Source of the DNA: Basidiobolus meristosporus CBS 931.73
Lineage: Eukaryota > Fungi > Basidiobolomycota
Assembly: GCA_002104905.1 (NCBI GenBank)
Contig: MCFE01000074.1
Location: forward strand, 1 to 64,000
DNA length: 64,000 nt
Direction of reading: 5' to 3'
Both the position numbers and the translations under genes were made by a program. Below the pieces are notes generated by a model. The model was not told where the DNA came from and searched no databases. It saw only the letters and a program-made list of their open reading frames with translations. Positions 34,731 through 45,900 of the stretch are shown here, in pieces (position 1 is the stretch's first letter; each line of letters opens with the position of its first letter).

Positions 34731-36124
34731 TTAGATCTCTTGTTGCTCATACTCGCCCTGGTCGTATTGCTCCTCATACTCTTGCTGGTATTCCTGACCT
34801 TCGTACATCTCCTCTCCGTACTCCTCCTCGTCAACAGTGGCATCTTGGTATTGTTGATATTCGGAAACGAGATCGTTCATGTTGGACTCAGCCTCAGTGA
34901 ACTCCATCTCGTCCATACCTTCACCAGTGTACCAATGCAAGAAAGCCTTACGACGGAACATGGCAGTGAATTGCTCCTCAACACGCTTGAAGAGCTCTTG
35001 GATGGCAGTGCTGTTACCAACGAAGGTGACGGCCATCTTGAGGTCCTTAGGAGGAATGTCAGCAGACGGAGGTTTGGATGTTGTTGGGAATCCATTCAAC
35101 AAAGTGGGCGGAGTTCTTGGTTTGGACCTTGTACATTTGATCTTCAACTTCCTTCATGGACATGCGACCACGGAACATGGCGGCAACGGTAAGGTAGCGA
35201 CCATGACGAGGATCAGAGGCGGCCATCATGTTCTTGGCGTCGAACATCTGTTGGGTCAACTCGGCAACGCTGACGTTGCGGAATTGTTGGGAGTCACGGG
35301 AGGTCAATGGAGCATAACCAACCATGAAGAAGTGAAGACGAGGGAAAGGAACCATGTTGACAGCGAGCTTACGAAGGTCAGAGTTAAGTTGACCGGGGAA
35401 ACGAAGGGAGGTGGTGGTACCGCTCATAACGTGGGACACCAAAGTGGTTAAGATCACCGTATGTGGGGTTGGTAAGCTTCAAGGTACGGAAGCAGATATC
35501 ATAGAGGGCTTCGTTATCGATACAGAATGTGAGGTCGGAGTTCTCAACCAATTGATGGACGGAGAGAGTGGCGTTGTAAGGCTCAACAACGGTGTCAGAC
35601 ACCTTGGGGGAAGGCATGACGGAGAAAGTGCACATCATGCGGTCGGGATATTCTTCACGGATCTTGGAGATGAGAAGGGTACCCATACCGGAACCGGTAC
35701 CACCACCGAGGGAGTGGGTGATCTGGAAACCTTGAAGGCAGTCGCAGTTTTCGGCTTCCTTACGGACAACATCCAAGACGCTGTCGACAAGTTCGGCACC
35801 TTCGGTGTAGTGTCCCTTGGCCCAGTTGTTACCAGCACCGCTTTGACCGTAGATGAAGTTGTCGGGGCGGAAGAGAGAACCGATACCGCTGGCACGGGTG
35901 GTATCCATGGTTCCTGGCTCCAAATCGACCAACACAGCACGGGGAACATACTTTCCGGAACCAGCCTCGTTGTAGTAAACGTTGATTCTCTCGAGCTGCA
36001 AGTCGTTGTCACCTTGGTAGCTGCCGGTGCCATCGATACCGTGCTCGGAGGAGATGGTTTCCCAGAACTTGTTACCGATTTGGTTACCGCACTGGCCGGT
36101 TTGAAGGTGAACGATTTCTCTCAT
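34731..36124 (-). CDS. TUB2: Beta-tubulin, intronless, with two +1 insertions in this sequence (35441-35443 and 35061); assembly error or recent pseudogene
   Basis: [38 protein letters not shown] and [21 protein letters not shown]. Removing one T at each site gives a 463-aa protein. Confidence 0.9.
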
Positions 36125-36705
36125 AGTGTTAAGGTAAAGACCGGGAAGGTTGCGGTGTGGAAAGGGTGAGTTCGAAATCGAATGGCTGCACTACTTTTCT
36201 AAGATCGCTCATTGTTTATACTTGGAACATGTTTTCCTCGATTTTTTTTGCGTTCGACGATTGTTTTGATCGGGATCCATCAATGATCCGACCACCTCGA
36301 CCCATACCCATACCCATACCGTCACCCAACTTATGCTGGCCAGCAAATCCACTTCGCATTGATGGCACTGACGTACGAATGGAATTCCGCTCGCAGCCCA
36401 ATCAGACCGAGCCTCCTGTAAATGGCTGCCGTAGCAGAGAGCAAGGCCCTCGCTTCGCCGAGATATGGAAGGCCAAGCAGGAGAAATCACCAACGCAACC
36501 TCCCTGCCTATTGGATTCCCCAACCCGCGTTGCTGTGCTTCGACCCGCCGAAATGGAATTCTCCCCTCACTTTTGGAATCAGGAGGGTTTGCATTAGGAG
36601 ACATTGCGCTATATAATGGAACAATGGATGCACTACCCGCTGCATCCCATTGTACATCGACCTAGATTTCCTATATCTTTAGACAGAACATAGAGTGCCT
36701 TCAAA

Positions 36706-36957
36706 ATGCTGCTTTCCAACATCCATCTCTGTTTCACTCTATTGGCCGGTTTCTTAGCGGTGGCTCAGTCAAGACCAATCATGGTTTCCCAGGAGGCGGC
36801 CCTCCAGAGCGCCAGCTTCGGCCAGGAGGATTCGGCAGTGATCTCGAAGGAGGATGGCTATCTCTGCGTGGAGGACTGTGAGCAGACGCAGTACTGGGAG
36901 GAATACGAAAAGTACTACAACTTCTTCATCACTGACGATGCAGAGACCGATGTATAG
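36706..36957 (+). CDS. Small secreted acidic protein (83 aa), unknown function
   Basis: Signal-peptide-like MLLSNIHLCFTLLAGFLAVAQS|RP; CxxxC; TATATAA at about 36610; good start context (caaaATG). Confidence 0.55.
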   Translation: MLLSNIHLCFTLLAGFLAVAQSRPIMVSQEAALQSASFGQEDSAVISKEDGYLCVEDCEQTQYWEEYEKYYNFFITDDAETDV

Positions 36958-37505
36958 GCTGCACCACCTCTCGCCTAAACCCTCGCCCCATGTATGATAC
37001 AACATAGAATACCGTGTAGATTTTCCAGTAATTGTTCCCAAACCTAACCCCATCCCCTCCCTCTCCCCTCGCCTAGCAATAAACCATCCATTTGTCTCAC
37101 CCTGGACCCAGTGACTGGATATCGTCATAACCGAGCATGAATTTCATCGAGAACTTCCAAATGCGGTGTGGACGAATATCGAACAATCCGCTGGTTTTTT
37201 TATTCCTCGAGCGAGCGTTAATGATCTCTAGGTCGGCAGCCAATCGATTCCACGGAAGGGAAATCAACCCATCACAAACTAATATCACCAGATGCTTATG
37301 GTAATTGATGGTTGCCCAGGTTGGGACTGAAGTTGGCACGTACGATCGAGCGAAATCCAATCCGATTGATCGAGGATTTTTTTTCATCAAGCCCGTGAGC
37401 ACCGACGACAAAACTCCCCGGCAGTCACTAAAGGACCGTCTCTTTTCCTTTACTTTTCCTCTTTCCTTCCCAGAGGGACAGTCACAGGGTTATTAGGTTT
37501 AGGAT

Positions 37506-38419
37506 ATGACCCCTATCCAGGCCAAGGTCGAAGAAAACTCACCCGCATCCCCCAACAGTTGCTCCGATGCCAAGGTCCCGAAGGTGATGGACGAGGCCTT
37601 GCTTGAAAAGATGCGGGCCGAAAACCGAGAAAGGAAGAAGAAGTGGAGGCAGCAGAACGAAGAGCGGAGTAAGTTCCCCTTTCCACTAAACCGGTCCACC
37701 TATTTACTCGCCGTTGCTTTCTTCGAGCCTGTGCGCTAACCAGTCCCTCGTTTTCTCGTCCCTCCCCTAAAGACAAGGACAACGACCTCCGGTGCCGCGT
37801 GAACAAACGAGCCAACAAGCTGTTTGGTCCGGGCCCCAGTGATCACAAGACTCGTTGGGTGGAGGAGGAGTTCAGGAAGCGCCAGCAGAAGCGGAAGGAG
37901 AAGGAGCGCCGCAAGCTCATGGTGTCCGGGACTTCTACGCTTGATGGTAATCACATCATGATGAACGGCCAAGTACCTCTCCCTACCGGCCCAATGACCG
38001 GCTTGGTGCATATGAATGATTCCCCAGGCACCGGCTATATCAATCCAGCGCAGTACAGCAACATGGGTATTCCAATTCCCGGTTCTAGCGCTGGCGCGCA
38101 TCCCATGAGGCTGGCAAACAACGGCACCAGCTTGCCCAATGTTACCAACAGCGCAGGGTTGAATGGTATTTCGTTGATGGGCCCAATTTTGCCACTTCCT
38201 AATAACGGGCCCACCTTCAAATATGCCATATCCGCCAGCTCGAACTCTCCTCTGGCTCCCGCCATCCCCATCCCCATCCCCGCCTCTACCAAGAGCTCAG
38301 CCCCCCTGAAAAGTGAATCGGCGTCCTGTGCACCCGATTATCCTATGGACGCAGTGATGACTCTCATGCAGTTGAATTCCGGTTGGCAAGGGTGCAACCG
38401 TGACGTTCGAACCAACTGA
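37506..38419 (+). CDS. DUF3020-like fungal basic coiled-coil protein (exons 37506-37668, 37773-38419; about 269 aa)
   Basis: Spliced RAENRERKKKWRQQNEERNKDNDLRCRVNKRANKLFG..WVEEEF.KRQ.KR matches my recollection of Pfam DUF3020. A possible extra 3' acceptor (ACTGACTAAGCCACTAG, about 38433-38449) leaves the C-terminus uncertain. Confidence 0.7.
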
Positions 38420-39727
38420 ATACTGGTTCGGCACTGACTAAGCCACTAGAGCCTATGCTCAGATGTTGCCGCCCATTCACTGCATCCCCAACCTGCTCTG
38501 CCCCATCACCAATACCAACACCAACACCATCATCACCATTCCCAACCCCCAACCCTCCAATCCCATCTCTTAGAACACCCACTTAGACTTTTGGTTTGGT
38601 TGGACTCTGATCCCCCTTTCTTCCCTCGTGTAAATTATTTCTTCCGCTCCTCCTCGTCATTTTTGTCAATCCCCCATTGTAATAAATGGTACTGCCTCGT
38701 AGAGATCCCAGGAATCGGTCCAACCTAGTGAGTCTACCTTGAGATGGCCGGTGACATCACGATCCATACTAGGCTTTCAATGACCATCTCCCTCACCAAT
38801 CCGATGGATTCTCTTGTATAATTATCCACCTGGTCTCTTGACCACCCGGCACATCAAGAGCCCTCACTTGCCTTGTGTACCTTTCTGCGATCATTTGGAA
38901 TGTTGGGGGACGGTGATTTGGTTTACTGCAAGGGACAGTCAATGGAGGAAGGGCAAAGTTGGTTGATGGATTTTTCACCACTCGCACACGTGAGTGGTAG
39001 GCCCTAGAGCAGTATATTGTCCTCAATGTGGCCTAGCATGGTGCCACTGATGATTGGATCCCGAACGCCTTAAGAATATCACCAGTGCCCCAATGGGGAT
39101 TAAGCCTAGCAAGTATCAAGGCCAGGGGTCATATTGGAGCGGAGTGCCCAATGGGAGCATGTTTCTCACTGGTGAGTTTATTGAGCAACAGCGGTGGTTA
39201 TGTATGTGCACCATTTTTAGGCTGACTACTCAAATACACTATCAAAGGGCTTGAATAAATGTGTGCCAAGTTTGGTACAAATCCTAGTCTTTGATTTAGA
39301 GATTACTTTGCAGAGTGCAGGCAATAAATTTAAAGAAGGCCAAATCTCAGAGTCCTCACTGATTTCTCCGCCATTCACCTGACCTCAACAGAAAATTTAT
39401 GAGTTCAAGATGCACAGACTATACAGTAAATCATTCTATACATTGGCCAGCAGCACAGTTGGTGATACTAAGCTCTCTCCTGATACTGTAAGTATGCTGT
39501 GAAGTAATGACCAAGCTAATTTTCAATCACTGGATCTTTAGACTGACCCATCATATATATTATGCAGGCTTAACAGTGATTGAAAGAACCAGATGATGTG
39601 ACTTTCACTTTATGATTGACTGAATATAAGGGTGATACCTGGAGTCTTGGAGCATACAATATGCTCAACAAATTCCTCTCAATGTCCCTTTGAAAAACAC
39701 CCACAAAGACCAGCAGAATGTTAGCAT

Positions 39728-39925
39728 TGTTGTAATTATCAAGTTGTCACCTAAATATTCATGCTAACTTAGTCACATAGATCTTATTCTTTGATTAGCA
39801 TTCTATCCTGACTAAATTTCTTGTTGGGATTTACTTGGAATATTTTCACCAAAACACTAGGTACCAGAACATGAAAATTCACAAAGTTGTCAAAACAGCC
39901 CCAAACTTTGCACACATGTTCTTGG
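39728..39925 (+). repeat. 5' part of a divergent copia-type LTR (type B), interrupted by element E1
   Basis: Starts TGTTGTAATT, is homologous to 62294-62642, and breaks at CATGTTCTTGG. Confidence 0.8.
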
Positions 39926-42900
39926 TGTTGTAAAAATTTGTATTTCCACCTAAATATTCACCTAACTTAGTCACTTAGATCATTACCTTCAAATCCTAGA
40001 GAATACTGACCAAATTCCTTGTTGGGATTTACTTAGAGTATTTTCACCAAAATACCAGGTACCCAGAACATGTTAATTCTCAAAGTTGTCCAAACAGCCC
40101 CAAACTTTGCACACATGTTCTTGGGACCTTCCTTAACCTATTTTACGTGTTTGTAATGCCAAGATCAGGTAAAAGTATCAATACTACTTTTACATTCAAT
40201 AAATCATTAAGTGAAAACCACATAGTCTATTTGTTCACCCAATCACTTCCAATATCTCCAAGACTCTTACAACAGGTTATGAGCCCCAAGCTGTCACTCT
40301 CTGCAATGTCTACTACTGCTATTACTGGAATTTTTCCCTCTGCTGAAAAGTTGGATGGATCTAACTACCAAGTGTGGAAGGTGAAGATGAAGATGCTGCT
40401 ACAAGAAAGAGGCCTTTGGGATATTGTCATGGGAGAAGAATGCCCTCCTAAAAATGTGGGAGAGGAAGCCCTAAAGTACCAGAAGAAAGAACACAGTGCC
40501 TTTAACTGCATTTGCCTTAATGTTAAAGACAAATTGCTAATTCAATGCTCAAGAGCAAAAACGGCAAAGAATACCTGGAAAGCATTAGAAGACACCTACC
40601 AGTCATGTTCAGCTGCTAAGAAAATGTATCTGAGGCAAAAATTCTTTACTACAAAAATGCTGCCAGGAGAAGAAATGAAAAATCTAATTAACAGAATTAC
40701 CCTACTGGTAGATGAGATGGAATCTGTGGGCGTACCAACTACTGATGAGGATGTGATAGCTACCATCCTGAATAGCCTGCCAGACAAGTTTCAGGGCCTT
40801 GTATCAGCCCTAGAGTCCAGAACTGAAGATTTGACCTTAAATTACGTATATGGAAGGCTCCTGGATGAAGAATTAAGAAAATCAAGCACCAATAAGGAGG
40901 AAGAAGAAAATGCTATAATAAGCAATGATAGCCAACAAAGGAGGTACCCAAGACCCTACAAAGGCAACAGCAACCTGTTTTGCAACTACTGCAAAAGGAA
41001 AGGACACACATCAGACCGGTGTCTCAAAAAGAGAGATTATCAGCAAAAGAAGCCTGAATATGGAAATGCTACAAGAACTGAAGATAGACTATTCATATCT
41101 GCACTAAATATGACCACAAACAAGGATTCTCAGACATGGTATATTGACTCTGGAGCTTCTCAACACTTTACACACCAAAAAGAACTTTTTACCCAATATC
41201 AAGAAATTCCAATTAAGAAGGTTTTCATGGGTGACAATAGAACACTTGATGCAGTGGGAGAAGGAGCTATCCAAGTAAACCTGAGAAGCAGTGAAGGAAG
41301 CCATACACTGACCTTTAAAGAAGTACTCTATGTACCAGAAATAGCCAAGAACCTACTCTCTGTAAGCAAGGCCACAGCAGAAGGACTCAGTTTCAGTTTT
41401 GACAATTCTGGATGCAAGATCACTGGTCAAAATGGTGCCCATATTGCTTCAGGTATCAGAGATCAGAACCTATACAAGTTGACTTATATTCCATCATATT
41501 TGGAAGCCAATGTAAGTGACAAAAGCAAAGAAACACCAATGCTTTGGCACAGAAGATTTGGGCACATCAATTTGGATTATTTGTGCAAAATGATCAAAGA
41601 TCAGCTAATTTCTGGAGTGAAAATTGATCCCCCAGCTATTTTGGAGTACTGTGAAGCCTGAATATATGGGAAACAAGCCAGACAACCGTTCAAGAGCTCT
41701 GGGTTAATCAAAACTAAGAAAAAATAGATCTAATTCACTCAGATCTGTGAGGACCTATGCAAAATTTATCCTTTGGTGGGATTAAGTATTTAATCACTTT
41801 TATGGATGATTATACAAGATACACATGGGTCTACTTCATGGAGAGAAAGGAAGAAGCTCTGTCTAAGTTCAGGGAGTTTAAAGCCATGGTGGAGAGAGAA
41901 ACTGGTGAAAAAATCAAGAAATTACGCTCTGACAATGGTGGAGAATATACCTCAAAACTCTTCATCCACTTCTGCAAAATTCATGGGATAAAGCAAGAGA
42001 CTACTGTACCATACTCCCCACAGCAAAATGGGGTAGCAGAACAAGCTAACAGATCAATAATTGATATGGCAAGATCTATGATCCATGATCAAAAATTATC
42101 CTATGATTTTTGGGCGGAATCAGTTGCCACTGCTGTATATCTTAAAAATAGGAGTTATAGCAGAATACTTCGTGATTCTACTCCATTTGAAGCATGGTAT
42201 GGATACAGACCAAGTGCAGAACATCTAAGAATATTTGGGTGTACAGCATATGCCAAAAAACTGGCCGGAAATCAGTCAAAATTTGAGCCAAAAAGTGTAA
42301 AATGCATATTTTTGGGCTACTGCAATGAGAGTAAGGCATACAGACTCTACAATACCAAAGCAAAGAAGCTGATCAAGTCCAGGGATGTGTTGTTTGATGA
42401 AAATTCAAAATTTTCACAAAAAATGACATCAGATGATGACAAAAATTTGATCTCAAGTCCACCAATTGTCACGATTGAATCAGAGCAAAACAATGAAATT
42501 TTTTTCACTCCAGAGGACTCTACAACCATGGTTCAGCCAGAATCAGTGCCCAGGAATATACCAGAAGTGATCATTCCAGTATCAAATGCCCGGAGATCAA
42601 ATTGGACAAGAAATAGCCCAAATTACTATATTAATGAGGGTACAAACTTAGCCTATGCCTATTCAGTCCATATTGATGAACCTCAGACTGTAAAGAGGCC
42701 CTAAATAGCCCTCAGACAAAGTTTTGGAGATCTGCAATGACTGAGGAATATCAGGCCCTGATGGAAAATCAAACTTGGGACTTAGTCAAATTACCAATCA
42801 ACCAAAAATCAATTGGATGCAGATGGGTCTTCAAGACAAAATACAAGGCTGATGGTACAATTGAAAGATACAAAGCAAGACTTGTAGCCAAAGGATACTC

Positions 42901-45900
42901 TCAAACAAAAGGACTTGACTATACTGAGACCTTTGCACCGGTAGCCAAGTTTAATTCCATCAGATTAATATTGGCTATTGCAGCCAAATATAAGTTTTTT
43001 ATTCATCAAATGGATGTAAAAACTGCATTTTTGAATGGAGAACTTGATGAGGACGTGTATATGGACCAGCCTGATGGGTTGGTTGACCAAGATAACCCCC
43101 ATTTGGTCTGCAAGCTTAAAAAGTCACTATATGGTCTCAAACAATCACCAAGAGCCTGGAATTGCAAGATAGATTCTTATTTGGAATCTTTGAGTTTCAG
43201 AAGGAATAATGCTGACTATAGTATATACTATAAGCCAGATAGAGCAAATCCAGTTCTATTAGCTCTATATGTGGATGATCTTATTATAGCCACCAATAAC
43301 CTAGAAACAATGGAAGAAACTAAATCCAGCCTATCTAAGGAGTTCAAGATGTCCAATCTAGGAGAACTTAGTTACTACTTAGGGATTGAGTTCTCCATAG
43401 ACAGAAGTACCCAGACTATCACCCTAAGCCAATCCAAGTATATTCAAGATACACTAAAGAAGTACCAAATGGAAGACTGTAAACCGGCAGCTACCCCAAT
43501 GGAGACAAACCTTAACTTGGTCAAAACTCAACCAAATCAAGAGAGCTTGGTGCCATCTGAAAGCCCTGACTTTCCTTATCAATCTATGGTTGGCAGTCTG
43601 ATGTATATCATGCTTGGAACACGTCCAGATATCTCATATTCAGTGGGAGTTGTCAGCCAACATAATCAGAACTATGGATCTGATCATATTGCAGCAGTTA
43701 AGCGGATTTTTAGATACCTAAAAGGAACTGCTGATATCTGCTTAAGATACACTTATAAGGATTCAGAACAGGATCTTGTGGGATACTCTGATGCTGATTA
43801 GGGACAAAATTTAGAAGACAGAAGATCCACCACAGGATACACCTTTCTTTACTGTAAAGGAGCAATTTCATGGAATTCAAGAAAGCAACCAACCGTAGCA
43901 CTTTCTACTACAGAGGCAGAGTATATGGCAGTCTGTGAAGCTACAAAAGAAGCAATGTGGTTAAGAAAGTTCTTTGCAGATTTAGGCCTATGTCAAAAAA
44001 CGCCTATTACTTTATTTCAAGATAATCAAGGATGTATACAATTAGGTAGAAATCCAACTTTTCATGCTAGAACCAAGCACATAGATATTAGACATCATTT
44101 CATACGTGAAGCTATAGAGAATAACTTAGTTAGCTTAGTTTACTGTCCTACAGATGAAATGATTGCAGACATATTTACCAAACCATTAGCTAGAGACAAG
44201 TTTGAATATCTTAGGTCAAAATTAGGACTAGTCAGTATGAGCATTTAGCTGAGTGGGAGTGTTGTAAAAATTTGTATTTCCACCTAAATATTCACCTAAC
44301 TTAGTCACTTAGATCATCACCTTCAAATCCTAGAGAATACTGACCAAATTCCTCGTCGGGATTTACTTGGAATATTTTCACCAAAATACCAGGTACCCAG
44401 AACATGAAAATTCTCAAAGTTGTCCAAACAGCCCCAAACTTTGCACACATGTTCTTGGTGTTGTAAGAGTCTTGGAGATATTGGAAGTGATTTGGAGAAC
44501 AAGTAGATTATGTGGTTTTTACTTAATGATTTATTGAATGTAAAAGTAGTATTTATACTTTTACATGGTCTTGGCATTACAAACACGTAGAATAGGTTAA
44601 GGAAGGTCCCAAGAACATGTGTGCAAAGTTTGGGGCTGTTTGGACAACTTTGAGAATTTTCATGTTCTGGGTACCTGGTATTTTGGTGAAAATATTCTAA
44701 GTAAATCCCGACAAGGAATTTGGTCAGTATTCTCTAGGATTTGAAGGTGGTGATCTAAGTGACTATGTTAGGTGAATATTTAGGTGGAAATACAAATTTT
44801 TACAACACTCCCTCTCAGCTAAATGTTCATACTGACTAGTCCTAATTTTGACCTAAGATATTCAAACTTGTCTCTAGCTAATGGTTTGGTAAATATGTCT
44901 GCAATCATTTCATCTGTAGGACAGTAAACTAAGCTAACTAAGTTATTCTCTATAGCTTCACGTATGAAATGATGTCTAATATCTATGTGCTTGGTTCTAG
45001 CATGAAAAGTTGGATTTCTACCTAATTGTATACATCCTTGATTATCTTGAAATAAAGTAATAGGCGTTTTTTGACATAGGCCTAAATCTGCAAAGAGCTT
45101 TCTTAACCACATTGCTTCTTTTGTAGCTTCACAGGCTGCCATATACTCTGCCTCTGTAGTAGAAAGTGCTTTGGTTGGTTGCTTTCTTGAATTCCATGAA
45201 ATTGCTCCTTTACAGTAAAGAAAGGTGTATCCTGTGGTGGATCTTCTGTCTTCTAAATTTCGTCCCCAATCAGCATCAGAGTATCCCACAAGATCCTGTT
45301 CTGAATCCTTATAAGTGTATCTTAAGCAGATATCAGCAGTTCCTTTTAGGTATCTAAAAATCCGCTTAACTGCTGCAATATGATCAGATCCATAATTCTG
45401 ATTATGTTGCCTGACAACTCCCACTGAATATGAGATATCTGGACGTGTTCCAAGCATGATATACATCAGACTGCCAACCATAGATTGATAAGGAAAGTCA
45501 GGGCTTTCAGATGGCACCAAGCTCTCTTGATTTGGTTGAGTTTTGACCAAGTTAAGGTTTGTCTCCATTGGGGTAGCTGCCGGTTTACAGTCTTCCATTT
45601 GGTACTTCTTTAGTGTATCTTGAATATACTTGGATTGGCTTAGGGTGATAGTCTGGGTACTTCTGTCTATGGAGAACTCAATCCCTAAGTAGTAACTAAG
45701 TTCTCCTAGATTGGACATCTTGAACTCCTTAGATAGGCTGGATTTAGTCTCTTGCAATGTTTCTAGGTTATTGGCGGCTATAATAAGATCATCCACATAT
45801 AGAGCTAATAGAACTGGATTTGCTCTATCTGGCTTATAGTATATACTATAGTCAGCATTACTCCTTTTGAAACTCAAAGATTCCAAATAAGAATCTATCT

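Noticed and set aside
34740-36169. Antisense ORFs over beta-tubulin
   Set aside because: Codon-bias shadows.
38700-39300. Possible degenerate transposon ORF fragments
   Set aside because: No recognisable domain or termini.
40147-40278. N-terminal extension of gag from an ORF start inside the LTR (MFVMPRSGK..)
   Set aside because: Begins at a GTG within the LTR; the frame is broken in other copies; most likely an ORF-caller artefact.
41659-41661. Programmed UGA readthrough between gag-PR and integrase
   Set aside because: The TGA replaces a zinc-finger Cys that is intact (TGC) in E3 and E4, and E1 has a frameshift just downstream; it is a nonsense mutation.
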